This document shows, piece after piece, positions 10,278 through 20,103 of a stretch of DNA of 64,000 bases. How positions within the stretch are numbered: position 1 is the first letter of the stretch; each line of letters begins with the position of its first letter. The stretch is from an uncultured Candidatus Saccharibacteria bacterium. GTDB taxonomy: Bacteria; Patescibacteriota; Minisyncoccia; Phycocordibacterales; CALRHW01. Both the position numbers and the translations under genes were made by a program. The notes under the pieces are model-generated. The model had not been told where the DNA came from. It searched no databases and saw nothing but the letters and a program-made list of their open reading frames with translations. The stretch spans positions 8,059 to 72,058 of the forward strand of contig CAYOUG010000001.1 of the NCBI GenBank assembly GCA_964407105.1, given 5' to 3'.

Positions 10278-11420
10278 CTAAAGATAAATACGCTTAATGA
10301 GGGGATTAAGGCGAGTCACAAACTCATAGGGTGAATTGTGGGCCAAATCAGCGAGCTCTTCGGCTCGTATAATTTCCCCACCGTCGGTTCCGATAAGCGT
10401 TACTTCATCACCCACAGAAACATCAGGAATATCAGTAGTGTCGATGATAATCATATCCATAGAAACACGACCGAGGACTCGCGCGCGTGCTCCACGCACA
10501 AGGACACATCCCACGCTCGAAAGCGCGCGCGCATACCCATGCCAATATCCGATCGGACAAATAGCAATAGTACTATCGCGCGAAAAAGTTTCTGTAAAAT
10601 CATAACCCACCGAATCCCCCTTTGGCACCTTTTTTACTTCACCAATAATTGTTCGCCAAGACAAAATTGGTTTTAATTCTACTTTTTGTGAAGAAAACAT
10701 TTTTGTTTCTTTTGATGGCCAAATGCCATAAAGAGCAATACCGATACGCACCATATCAAAATGAGCTTGAGGAAAAATAAGTGTTCCACCACTTGCTGAT
10801 GTGTGTTTTATCGTTTTAAAACCAGCTTGATCAAAAGCACTTACCCACACACCAAAAGAAACCACCTGAGCAAGAGTTTTTTCTGGAACAGACGGATCTT
10901 TTGCTGCCGCAAAATGCGTAAAAAGACCTTCCACCAAAACTTTATTTTCAAGCACTTTGAGCATATCAATCACCTCTTGTATTTGAAATTCCTGAAAACC
11001 CTGTCTGTGCATGCCGGTGTCTACCTTTATATGAATTTTTAGTTTTTTTGAAAAATTAATCGAAGCAATAACTCCAAGTAATTCAAATGTGGAAACGGTA
11101 ATGCTAATATCAAGATCCGCTGCGCGTGGAAGCATTTCTGGAAGTGTATATCCAAGCACAAGTATTGGCTTTGTTACACCTTCTTCACGAAGCGCAAGGG
11201 CTTCCATAATAGAATCAACGCCAATCCAATCGACGCCACTTTTTTCCATCTCTTTTGCAACACCCACAAAGCCGTGCCCATAAGCATTAGACTTCACCAC
11301 CGACATTATTTTGCAGTTTTTTGAAAGATTTTTTTTAAGTGTTAAATAATTATGTTCAAGTGCCTTGGTATCTATTTCAATCCATGTGCGCAAACCTTTT
11401 CTCTCGAGATCTTTTTTCAT
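10278..11420 (-). CDS. alr: Alanine racemase
   Basis: VVKSNAYGHG, HIKVDTGMHRQG, GRVSMD; start placed after tRNA-Tyr. Confidence 0.95.
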   Translation of the reverse strand: MKKDLERKGLRTWIEIDTKALEHNYLTLKKNLSKNCKIMSVVKSNAYGHGFVGVAKEMEKSGVDWIGVDSIMEALALREEGVTKPILVLGYTLPEMLPRAADLDISITVSTFELLGVIASINFSKKLKIHIKVDTGMHRQGFQEFQIQEVIDMLKVLENKVLVEGLFTHFAAAKDPSVPEKTLAQVVSFGVWVSAFDQAGFKTIKHTSASGGTLIFPQAHFDMVRIGIALYGIWPSKETKMFSSQKVELKPILSWRTIIGEVKKVPKGDSVGYDFTETFSRDSTIAICPIGYWHGYARALSSVGCVLVRGARARVLGRVSMDMIIIDTTDIPDVSVGDEVTLIGTDGGEIIRAEELADLAHNSPYEFVTRLNPLIKRIYL

Positions 11421-11421
11421 C

Positions 11422-11508
11422 TGGTGCGTAGGGAAGGATTCGAACCTTCGTAGCCCAATGGGCGACAGATTTACAGTCTGTTGCGATTGACCGCTCCGCC
11501 ACCTACGC
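11422..11508 (-). tRNA. tRNA-Tyr(GTA), CCA encoded
   Basis: Anticodon arm ACAGA-CTGTAAA-TCTGT, long variable arm, GGTTCGAATCC, ends ACCA. Confidence 0.95.
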
Positions 11509-11541
11509 AATACCACGAATTCTAAGCCAAAATTGACCTTA

Positions 11542-11657
11542 AGTAAAGCTGTAAAATAAGTGTTTGAAAAGCATCGCGCAGGCCGACGGGCCGAGCGTAG
11601 CAAAATCGCAGCAGCGATTTATGCGTGGTTTTCAAACACTTATTTTATAGCTTTACT
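11542..11657. repeat. Palindromic element, family 1, copy B
   Basis: 29 bp arms 11542-11570/11629-11657 with 1 mismatch; core inverted relative to copy A; right arm touches the gyrB stop codon. Confidence 0.9.
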
Positions 11658-13737
11658 AGATATCAATCGTCGCTTTCTTTGCATTCGACTGAATAAAAGA
11701 TTTTCGAGACGGCACATCAGTACCCATGAGAATATCAAAAACTTTGTCAGCGGCCACACCATCTTCAACGGCTACTTGTTTTAAAATACGATTGCCCGGA
11801 TCCATAGTGGTCTCCCAAAGTTCTTCTGAGTTCATTTCTCCAAGACCTTTGTAACGCTGAATAGAAATTTTATTTTTTCGAGGCACTTTTCCTTTTGTTT
11901 CAGAAGTAGTATTTTCGTTACCCGCTTCTCCACCACCCTCTTCTTCAAAATCTCCACTGTCACCTTGAGAATCTTCCATTATTTCTTCTGCGGAAACATC
12001 TTTTCCAATTTTTTCGATCTTTTCAGCATCAGTGTAGGCATACATTACCTCCTTCCCTTTTTTAATTTTATAGAGTGGTGGCTGAGCAATATATACAAAT
12101 CCCCCGTCAATAAGCGGTCGGAAAAAACGATATAAAAGTGTCAAAATAAGTGTACGAATATGCGCACCGTCCACGTCGGCATCGGTTGCAAGAATAATTT
12201 TGTGATAGCGGAGCTTGGTAATATCAAAAGTGTCGCCAATAGCCGTACCGAGCGCGACCACCAAATTTTTAATTTGCTCTGATTCAAGCATACGATCAAG
12301 ACGCGCACGCTCAATATTTAAAATTTTTCCTCGAAGTGGTAGCACCGCTTGTGTGCGTCTATCGCGACCAGATTTTGCTGTACCGCCCGCAGAATCTCCC
12401 TCTACAATAAAAAGCTCCGACTCACTTGCGTCTTTCGTCTGACAATCTGCAAGTTTTCCGGGAAGTGTCATGCCTTCAAGTGCGCCCTTTCGAAGCACAC
12501 TGTCTTTTGCTGCTTTTGCAGCCTTGCGAGCTTTGAGCGCAAGCACAACCTTATTGATCATTGCACGTGCATCTTCAGGATTTTCTTCTAGAAAATAATT
12601 GAATGATTCACTAAAAATAGTTTCCACCGCGCCACGAGCTTCTACTGTACCGAGTTTTGCTTTTGTTTGACCTTCAAATTGAATTTCTCGAAGTTTGATA
12701 GACACCACAGCGGTCAGACCTTCAAGAGCATCTTCTCCAGTAAAATTATCCTCGTTTTCCTTAACCATATTATTTTTGCGTGCATAGGCATTAAGTGTAC
12801 GAGTGAGAGCGGTTTTAAAACCAGTAATATGTGTTCCACCTTCTGAGTTATAAATATTGTTTGCGAAAGCCAAAATTCTGCTTGAAATATCATCTACATA
12901 CTGCAAAGAAACTTCCACCGACTCATATTCATTTGTTGGCTTTTCAACATAAAAAATATTTTTGTGAATTGGCTTAAGGGTTTGATTGTAAAACTTTACC
13001 ATAGAAAGAATACCTCCTTCAAAATAAAAAGTTTGTGACGGTGCATCTACCCCAAGCTCACTGAAATAAAATATTTCTCCAGGAATTTCTTTTGTATAAT
13101 TTCTTGCGTCAATAACAGAAATACGAAGACCTTTTACAAGATATGCTTGCTGACGCATGTGTCCCACAATACGATTGAAATCGAAAGTTTGTTTACCAAA
13201 AATTTCTTCATCTGGTTCAAAGGAAATTATTGTTCCGCTGTGTTTTGTGGCACTCACACGCTTTACCACTGCTTTTCTTTTTCCTCGACTATACTCCTGA
13301 ACATAATAACCACCGTCTTTATGAATCTCTGCTTTTACATAAACAGAAAGTGCGTTTACTACAGAAGCACCCACACCATGAAGACCTCCCGACACCTTGT
13401 ATCCTTCACCACCAAATTTTCCTCCAGCGTGAAGTGTTGTCATAATTGTTTCAAGTGCAGAAACTTTTGTTTGTTTATGAATATCAACAGGAATACCTCG
13501 GCCGTTGTCTGTTACACGTACGCGATTATTTGGCAAAAGAACAATTTCAATATTATCGGCAAAGTCACCCATCGCTTCGTCGCGGGAGTTATCAAAAATT
13601 TCAGTAACGAGGTGATGGAAACCATCTGGACCGGTAGTACCAATGTACATACCCGGACGTTTTCGTACTGGTTCCAAACCCTCGAGCACCGAGATTGCTT
13701 CTGCGGTATATCCTCCTTTTTTTTCTTCTTTTGCCAT
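11656..13737 (-). CDS. gyrB: DNA gyrase subunit B
   Basis: VRKRPGMYIG, GGLHGVGASVVNALS, VEGDSAGG, PLRGKILN, DADVDGAHI, QRYKGLGEMN. Confidence 0.96.
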   Translation of the reverse strand: MAKEEKKGGYTAEAISVLEGLEPVRKRPGMYIGTTGPDGFHHLVTEIFDNSRDEAMGDFADNIEIVLLPNNRVRVTDNGRGIPVDIHKQTKVSALETIMTTLHAGGKFGGEGYKVSGGLHGVGASVVNALSVYVKAEIHKDGGYYVQEYSRGKRKAVVKRVSATKHSGTIISFEPDEEIFGKQTFDFNRIVGHMRQQAYLVKGLRISVIDARNYTKEIPGEIFYFSELGVDAPSQTFYFEGGILSMVKFYNQTLKPIHKNIFYVEKPTNEYESVEVSLQYVDDISSRILAFANNIYNSEGGTHITGFKTALTRTLNAYARKNNMVKENEDNFTGEDALEGLTAVVSIKLREIQFEGQTKAKLGTVEARGAVETIFSESFNYFLEENPEDARAMINKVVLALKARKAAKAAKDSVLRKGALEGMTLPGKLADCQTKDASESELFIVEGDSAGGTAKSGRDRRTQAVLPLRGKILNIERARLDRMLESEQIKNLVVALGTAIGDTFDITKLRYHKIILATDADVDGAHIRTLILTLLYRFFRPLIDGGFVYIAQPPLYKIKKGKEVMYAYTDAEKIEKIGKDVSAEEIMEDSQGDSGDFEEEGGGEAGNENTTSETKGKVPRKNKISIQRYKGLGEMNSEELWETTMDPGNRILKQVAVEDGVAADKVFDILMGTDVPSRKSFIQSNAKKATIDI

Positions 13738-13898
13738 TGGTTTAAATTGTGTAAACAGTAATCCGCTTTGTGGCGGATAAAATAAGGCTTAAAATCTACT
13801 GTTTTATAGCAATATTGTATCAAAAAAAAGGTCAAAAAACAATGAATTGTACACATCACAAAGCACCTTTTTTGTGGTCTAAATACAATGGAAAGTAC

Positions 13899-13926
13899 TT
13901 GACAAATATATTAGGTATGATATAAT
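13899..13926 (+). promoter_or_regulatory. Consensus sigma70 promoter
   Basis: TTGACA-16-TATAAT with TGn extended -10. Confidence 0.8.
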
Positions 13927-14008
13927 AGATACAGATGATGCTGGAACAGACCGTGCTCTAGTTGAGTACAGAACCAGCGTTAAGGGGAACCTAGCAAGAG
14001 GAATCCCA

Positions 14009-14098
14009 ATGAAGACTTCACTGATCGTCGCTGTTGATGGTACCACCTACGGATCGTCCGAGGAGTACCTGAGCAACGGTCCGGTTCACACCAAGTGA
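14009..14098 (+). CDS. Candidate 29-aa small protein MKTSLIVAVDGTTYGSSEEYLSNGPVHTK
   Basis: AGAGGA SD upstream; lies between a consensus promoter and a terminator. Confidence 0.4.
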   Translation: MKTSLIVAVDGTTYGSSEEYLSNGPVHTK

Positions 14099-14150
14099 AT
14101 CGGAAGGAAAAGAAGTCTCATGAGTAGTTTATGAGACCAAAAGATGTTTC

Positions 14151-14183
14151 GGGCTCGCAGTAAAATGCGGGCCCTTTCTTTTT
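14151..14183 (+). terminator. Intrinsic terminator
   Basis: GGGCTCGCA-gtaaaa-TGCGGGCCC followed by a T tract. Confidence 0.75.
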
Positions 14184-14220
14184 GTTTATTTTTCTTCACC
14201 CAAAAATCTAATTTATTTTT

Positions 14221-16203
14221 CTATCTCACTCGCCAACCAGATTGTGCATTCAATATATTTGTCACCTTTTTCATTACTTCGTTTATTTCTTGGTCATCAA
14301 GTGTGCGCTCATCAGATTGAAAAACTAAATTATAAGCAAAAGAAGTTTTCTTTGTACCGTCTTCAAAATTTTTATTAAAAACATCAAAAAGTGAAATTGA
14401 TGTCAAAAGCTTCCCCGCTTCACGAGAGATAAGATCTTCCACAAAATCTGCTCCCACTTCATTTGGTACAAATACAGCGATATCTCTCAACGCAAAAGGA
14501 TACTGTGAAATCTTTTTGTATTTTATTTGTTGATTTACAAAATGAGTATTATCAATATTTTTTTCTGGTAATAATTCAACAATTTCATCAAGATCAAATT
14601 CGAGTGTGTTGGTGGATTTGTTAGCTTTTATTTTTCCTTTAAATCCGATCTGTTCTGCTATAGTATGAGAAATATCTTCTAGCATTTTCAAAATAGTTGC
14701 GTCAGCGTTTTTTATTTTTTTAACAGAAGCAATTGAAATACCCAAAGAAAGATTTTCTCCTTTTGACGTAAATACTTTTCCTATTTCAAAAATTTTTACA
14801 AAGTCATACAGTTTGAGAAGCGGAGCATTATACAAATTTAGATCCAAACTTTGCAACAAACCTTCGGCAAGATTTTCTCGCAAAAACTTTTTATCTGATG
14901 CGATTGGATTTTGTAATTCTCGCTCGCCAGAATTTCTAAATGAATACGTATAAACTTCTGAAAAACCATTCTCTATAAGAATTGAACGGATAACATCGGT
15001 ATAAACAACGGTTTTATTTGGTGTTACATTCGCGAAAGCACCGATAGTATCTTTTGGTTCAAGCGGTGGCACATTGAAAAATCCATACACGCGCCCCACC
15101 TCTTCAATCAGATCCTCTTTTATAACAAGATCTAAACGTTCGTAAGGCACCGTTACTAAAAGTGTGTCGTCTAACATTTCTAACACACAGCCTAGATGTT
15201 TTAAAATTTGAATAATTTTTTTGTGAGTAATTGCGAAACCAAGTACGTTTTCTATATCTTTAAAAGTAAATTTGATGGTGTGTTGGGGTTTTTGATCAAC
15301 TCGCACATCTACAAGTGCTTCAATAGATCCTTCCGCAATATTCACAATGAGTTCACACACATCTTGAAGTGCTTCCACAGTAATTTCTGGAGTAATACCG
15401 TTTTCAAAACGCACAGAAGCATCAGTGCGTAAGCCAAGAAATTTTGAGGTGGTGCGAATTTTTATAGAATCAAAATTTGCAGATTCAAGAAGAATGTTTG
15501 TGGTGTTTTCATCAATAGAAGCAACGGTGCCACCCTTTATACCAGCAATTCCAAGAATTTTATTGTCTTTGCAATTTTTGTCGGTAATAACTAGTGTGTC
15601 CTGAGGAAGTTCATAAGTTTTTCCATCAAGAGCGTCCATTTTTTCACCTTCTTTTGAATTGCGGACTAAAATTGCATAAGAATTATTTTTTTCAATCAAT
15701 TTTGCAAGATCAAATGCGTGGAGTGGTTGACCAAGCGCAAACATTACATAATTTGTTGCATCAACAATATTGTTAATTGATTTTTGACCAATAGCTTCAA
15801 TTTTTTCTACAAGCCACGCTGGCGATTCTTTTACAGACACACCACGAATAATAGCTGAGCTGTATCGAGTACAAAGATTTTTGTCAGCAATGTCCACGGT
15901 CAGCGCTTCACTTTTAAAATCAGCGCTCTCCTTTCGTGGTGTCACCTTTAATTTTCGTCCGAGAAGAGTTCCGATTTCTCTTGCAATACCGCGATGTGAA
16001 AGACAATCATGTGCGCGATTTGGTAATATTTTTATATCAAAAACAAAATCGCTATGAATGCGCCGCGCGCCGTCGATGGCAGGCAAAACTTCATCTACCG
16101 ACTCCACCTCAAAAGCATACATAGTGAAAAGTTCTGCGAGTTCGCGCGGCGCAGGCAGTTTTTCATCAAAATATGTTTGTAGCCAGTTGTATGAAATTTT
16201 CAT
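14221..16203 (-). CDS. pheT: Phenylalanyl-tRNA synthetase beta subunit (compact)
   Basis: MKISYNWL, PNRAHDCLSHRGIARE, INNIVDATNY, RLDLVIKEDLIEEVGR, FDX-ACB C-terminus. Confidence 0.95.
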   Translation of the reverse strand: MKISYNWLQTYFDEKLPAPRELAELFTMYAFEVESVDEVLPAIDGARRIHSDFVFDIKILPNRAHDCLSHRGIAREIGTLLGRKLKVTPRKESADFKSEALTVDIADKNLCTRYSSAIIRGVSVKESPAWLVEKIEAIGQKSINNIVDATNYVMFALGQPLHAFDLAKLIEKNNSYAILVRNSKEGEKMDALDGKTYELPQDTLVITDKNCKDNKILGIAGIKGGTVASIDENTTNILLESANFDSIKIRTTSKFLGLRTDASVRFENGITPEITVEALQDVCELIVNIAEGSIEALVDVRVDQKPQHTIKFTFKDIENVLGFAITHKKIIQILKHLGCVLEMLDDTLLVTVPYERLDLVIKEDLIEEVGRVYGFFNVPPLEPKDTIGAFANVTPNKTVVYTDVIRSILIENGFSEVYTYSFRNSGERELQNPIASDKKFLRENLAEGLLQSLDLNLYNAPLLKLYDFVKIFEIGKVFTSKGENLSLGISIASVKKIKNADATILKMLEDISHTIAEQIGFKGKIKANKSTNTLEFDLDEIVELLPEKNIDNTHFVNQQIKYKKISQYPFALRDIAVFVPNEVGADFVEDLISREAGKLLTSISLFDVFNKNFEDGTKKTSFAYNLVFQSDERTLDDQEINEVMKKVTNILNAQSGWRVR

Positions 16204-16415
16204 AATTCTTTTATAAATTGAAATCTCGGCATCTTTTTGCCATCAATATCCACCTCTTCTAAAAACATACTAAGCGGTCTCACCCAAAACTTAACATCTG
16301 ATTCATATTGCGGTTCATAAACCACCATATCTTCCATGGTTTCAGAATGTTTAGCCACAAAATGTGCACGATACATTTTTCCTTTATAGTGTTTGTAAAT
16401 GCCCGATTTAAACAT
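16200..16415 (-). CDS. DUF1653 family protein
   Basis: GIYKHYKG...HSETMEDMVVY...WVRPLSMF...PRF pattern. Confidence 0.85.
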   Translation of the reverse strand: MFKSGIYKHYKGKMYRAHFVAKHSETMEDMVVYEPQYESDVKFWVRPLSMFLEEVDIDGKKMPRFQFIKEL

Positions 16416-16424
16416 ATTAATATT

Positions 16425-17180
16425 TCAAAATTGATTTGTTACCCGAAGATCTCCATTATAAAGTAAACGAACATCATCTACTCCGTATTTGAGCATCAAC
16501 AATCTATCTACACCGCCACCAAAAGCAAAACCTCGATATTTTTCTGAATCAATACCCACATCTTTTAAAACTTTTGGATGTACCATTCCTGCGCCCATTA
16601 TTTCTATCCATCCAGTGTTTTTACAAACAGAACAACCCTTTCCATCACACTTAAAACAAGACATATCTATTTCTACACCCGGCTCAACAAAAGGGAAAAA
16701 ACTTGGGCGAAAACGTACAGAAACCGTAGTACTAAAAAGTTTTCGAAAAAAGGTCTCAAGAACCCATTTCAAGTGTGCGAGCGATACGTCTGTATCCACC
16801 ATAAGCCCCTCTATTTGATAAAATTGGGCTTCATGCGTAGCATCTGTGGCTTCATGACGAAACACCTTTCCTGGGGCAATAATGCGAATTGGTGGCTTGT
16901 TTTTTTCCATATGACGCACCTGTACAGGAGAAGTATGGGTACGCAAAAGCTCACGAGTATTTTGTGGTTTAAGCCAAAATGTATCCCACATGTCTCGCGC
17001 AGGATGATGGCTTGGAATATTTAATGTATCGAAATTATAATGTTCATTTTCAATCTCCGGACCGTCAGCAACAGAAAAACCCATATCTGCAAAAATAGAA
17101 ATAATATCTTTTGTAACAATACTTAATGGATGCAGATGTCCGCGTGTCATTTTATTTTTTTGTGTATTTTCTATATCCAT
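16425..17180 (-). CDS. pheS: Phenylalanyl-tRNA synthetase alpha subunit (N-terminally short)
   Basis: [38 protein letters not shown]. Confidence 0.96.
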   Translation of the reverse strand: MDIENTQKNKMTRGHLHPLSIVTKDIISIFADMGFSVADGPEIENEHYNFDTLNIPSHHPARDMWDTFWLKPQNTRELLRTHTSPVQVRHMEKNKPPIRIIAPGKVFRHEATDATHEAQFYQIEGLMVDTDVSLAHLKWVLETFFRKLFSTTVSVRFRPSFFPFVEPGVEIDMSCFKCDGKGCSVCKNTGWIEIMGAGMVHPKVLKDVGIDSEKYRGFAFGGGVDRLLMLKYGVDDVRLLYNGDLRVTNQF

Positions 17181-17190
17181 ATCATTTACA

Positions 17191-18057
17191 TTACAAGTCC
17201 ATCAGTTGATATATTGTGCCCTTGTCTTGCACATATACTCTTCCGTCAAATATACGGAAGTCTGGTTTTTCTCCTTTATATAAAGTATAAAAATTTTGAT
17301 ATTTTCTGGTGTCTAATTCTAAAGCAAAAATTCCTTCCGAAACAGCAATTATCACAACATCATCTCTACCCGGATAAAAATCTATATGACGAATATTATT
17401 TGCACCGTTAAATATAGTTCGAGTCATTTCACACAAACCATTTATACAAAAATATGTCGGTAAACGACTTTCATCCCCCCTCCACTGAGCATAAATTTGC
17501 GTATCATCAAACCACACCTTCATTTTCTTTTTGGTGATTGCATAAATATTTGGGGTTGTAGTAGAAACACTAGAAGTGGCCACCGAAGCTGTTTGTTGAT
17601 ACTTAAAAATTAGAGCCAATCGATCATATTCTGCTTTTGTTACGCGAGTAGAGCTTGCATGAGAAGATGTGGCAGTAATAACCTCAAGCATATCTATTCG
17701 CTTTGGTACAAGAAGTGGGTAAACCGGCGACACTTCTCCTTCTTTTACATCCACATATTTTGCCCATGGCCAAAAAATATCATTTGACACCAACACCAAA
17801 TATGATTGTGGCTTAAGATTTTGTAAAAACATTTCTCTATTAAATGTGCTTGAAACATTTTTCAGTTCATCATTTATATATATTTCAGCGTTATTTTCAG
17901 TCACAAAAACATAAAGACCACCACGTTCAGTAATCTCATAATCTTTTGTAAAACGATAACCGAGAGAATAAAATACAATAAATGGAATAACTATTATAAA
18001 AATAGCAGTGAAAGAAAAAAAATAGAAAGCACGTTTTTTGGGAACCATCGGTTTCAT
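17191..18057 (-). CDS. Membrane-anchored PEGA-like domain protein
   Basis: N-terminal TM followed by YSLGYR..GGLYV..AEIYIN..LKP..Y pattern. Confidence 0.65.
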   Translation of the reverse strand: MKPMVPKKRAFYFFSFTAIFIIVIPFIVFYSLGYRFTKDYEITERGGLYVFVTENNAEIYINDELKNVSSTFNREMFLQNLKPQSYLVLVSNDIFWPWAKYVDVKEGEVSPVYPLLVPKRIDMLEVITATSSHASSTRVTKAEYDRLALIFKYQQTASVATSSVSTTTPNIYAITKKKMKVWFDDTQIYAQWRGDESRLPTYFCINGLCEMTRTIFNGANNIRHIDFYPGRDDVVIIAVSEGIFALELDTRKYQNFYTLYKGEKPDFRIFDGRVYVQDKGTIYQLMDL

Positions 18058-18078
18058 AGCAATACTATATCACAGCAA

Positions 18079-19623
18079 TTATTGTCCGGCTCGATGTTTA
18101 GGTGTAACCCAAAAACCCATATATTTACCAAAAAGTAATCGTGTTTGTGCTTCCAAACCCGGAATAGATCCAAAAATGGTAATAGTGATTGGTACAAAAA
18201 CCCACTGCAGAACCATAAAAAGTTTTTGATGACGACGTATGTTTAATGGTGCTGGTGGTAAAAAACTAATAGATATAACAGCAGACATCACAAGCCCAGC
18301 CATAGCTAAAATCATAAGATCACGAGTAATGATTGGTAAATTGTAAGACAACACTGTAGTGTGAAAAAATCCATCACCAAGCCATAGTGGTAACCATCCG
18401 AGCAAAAAGATAAGAATTGGATTTGTTGAGAGCGACCAAAAACCCTCTAATTGTACAAAAGATACACGGATTTTTTTCCAAAAAGGAATGTGTGGATTTT
18501 TTATCATACCAAACAAAATATAAGGTACATTTTCTACCCCCCAACCCCAACGACGTTGTTGTTTGTAAATGTTTTTAATCGTCTGCCAAAAAGTTGGTGC
18601 AAGATTTGCATCCATCGAAACCGGATAAGATATCGGCATTACTGTATAATTTCCATCGTAAGCAAGAAATGCATTCCAAAAAATTCGAGAATCTTCTGAA
18701 ACCATATTTTTTTGCCAATACCCTATTTCATAAAGTGTCTTAAAGCTCACAGCATGAGAAGAAAAAGTAGCAAGTTTTTCTGGACGCTCTTGTTGAATCA
18801 TTTGCCAAAAAGTACCTGAAGCCGCTACCACACGAGAAAGTGCCGGGGCTTCCCAAATATTGTTGTTATACAAAGGAACGGGTTGAAACGAAACACGAAA
18901 TGGATTTTCTGCAGTCAAAAAATGCCAAGTAATACAAAGAAAATATTGCGGATATACCACCGTATCAATATCAAAAGCAGACACCACCACATTTTCATAT
19001 GGAATATTGTGCACATCAAGAAGCTCTTTGCGTACCTGTTCTGCAGCATACGCTATATTTGAACCCTTGCCCGGCATTTCACCCAACACACCCTTTGGGT
19101 GGGTTGTGGCCAAAAAATATCCAAACTTTTCTGCATATTTTTTATACATCAACGCATTAATTTCTTGTGCACGTTCTCCATCTGCAAATTCAGAGGCGAG
19201 TACAACAGCAATTTTTTTCTTATCATAATCTGTGCTGAGTAATGCTTGAATACTTTTTTCAACAACATCAATCGGCTCTTTAAAATATGGCAGTATTACA
19301 AGATGTATTACGTGATCATATGAAATATTTTTTAGTGGCACATGCCAATCTAACTTCATATTGTAACGCATGCGTCGCCAGTTGTGACGTAAATAAATAG
19401 AAAGATAAACGGTCTTAAGTAACCAATAAAAATCAAAAGCTATAATAAAAATAGCTGCCAAAATTGGATTAAAATAAGACAAAATCACAGCACCCAAAAG
19501 AGTTCCCCAAGCAAGTGCTCCCGGTATCATTTCAAGCAATCTATACAATACTCTGTCAGATCCACTGAGTTCTGTTGCTCTTCCGATATGAAGAGGTTTA
19601 TGAATATGATACGCTTCAGCCAT
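18079..19623 (-). CDS. GT2 family membrane glycosyltransferase
   Basis: GKGSN, DID, SED and QQRRW motifs with flanking TM helices. Confidence 0.85.
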   Translation of the reverse strand: MAEAYHIHKPLHIGRATELSGSDRVLYRLLEMIPGALAWGTLLGAVILSYFNPILAAIFIIAFDFYWLLKTVYLSIYLRHNWRRMRYNMKLDWHVPLKNISYDHVIHLVILPYFKEPIDVVEKSIQALLSTDYDKKKIAVVLASEFADGERAQEINALMYKKYAEKFGYFLATTHPKGVLGEMPGKGSNIAYAAEQVRKELLDVHNIPYENVVVSAFDIDTVVYPQYFLCITWHFLTAENPFRVSFQPVPLYNNNIWEAPALSRVVAASGTFWQMIQQERPEKLATFSSHAVSFKTLYEIGYWQKNMVSEDSRIFWNAFLAYDGNYTVMPISYPVSMDANLAPTFWQTIKNIYKQQRRWGWGVENVPYILFGMIKNPHIPFWKKIRVSFVQLEGFWSLSTNPILIFLLGWLPLWLGDGFFHTTVLSYNLPIITRDLMILAMAGLVMSAVISISFLPPAPLNIRRHQKLFMVLQWVFVPITITIFGSIPGLEAQTRLLFGKYMGFWVTPKHRAGQ

Positions 19624-19653
19624 ATAGTTTTAAAACCTTCTCACAAATTCCTG

Positions 19654-19726
19654 AGCCACCCGTCGGATTCGAACCGACGACCTATTGTTTACAAAACAAT
19701 TGCTCTACCAACTGAGCTAGGGTGGC
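19654..19726 (-). tRNA. tRNA-Thr(TGT)
   Basis: GCCACCC acceptor, TAGCTCAGTTGGTAGAGC, anticodon loop TTTGTAA, GGTTCGAATCC. Confidence 0.95.
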
Positions 19727-19731
19727 GTTTT

Positions 19732-20094
19732 TTATTTATTTTTATCTTCAGAAATCTTCTTGATAAAATCTGATGCTTCACCAGTTTGTTTTATCATGTT
19801 TCGTCCACGAATCGTTCGCTCTATTTTTGCATAACGTTCACGAAGTCCGCGTGTCATATCGTGAGCTGTGTTCCATAAATGAAACGGTACGTGGTGTGTA
19901 ATGAAAAAAGAAAGATCCTGTTTTTTCTTTTGAGAACATTGTTTAAACTCATCAAATTTCTCCTCACACAAAGCATCGTACGTATTAACAATATCTGTAA
20001 AACGAAAGACTTTTTGGCGTTTAATCTCAACAAGTCGTACAAATATCATAAGTACGCACACCACACACGATACAACAAAAATTGAAAAAAGCAT
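19732..20094 (-). CDS. Hypothetical protein with N-terminal TM helix
   Basis: ORF co-oriented directly downstream of tsf. Confidence 0.7.
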   Translation of the reverse strand: MLFSIFVVSCVVCVLMIFVRLVEIKRQKVFRFTDIVNTYDALCEEKFDEFKQCSQKKKQDLSFFITHHVPFHLWNTAHDMTRGLRERYAKIERTIRGRNMIKQTGEASDFIKKISEDKNK

Positions 20095-20103
20095 AGTTTT
20101 TGG

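Noticed and set aside
6360-11603. Two ORF calls sharing the N-terminus MLRSARRPARCFS (6360.. and ..11603)
   Set aside because: Artefact of translating the family 1 core; the alr extension would also run through tRNA-Tyr.
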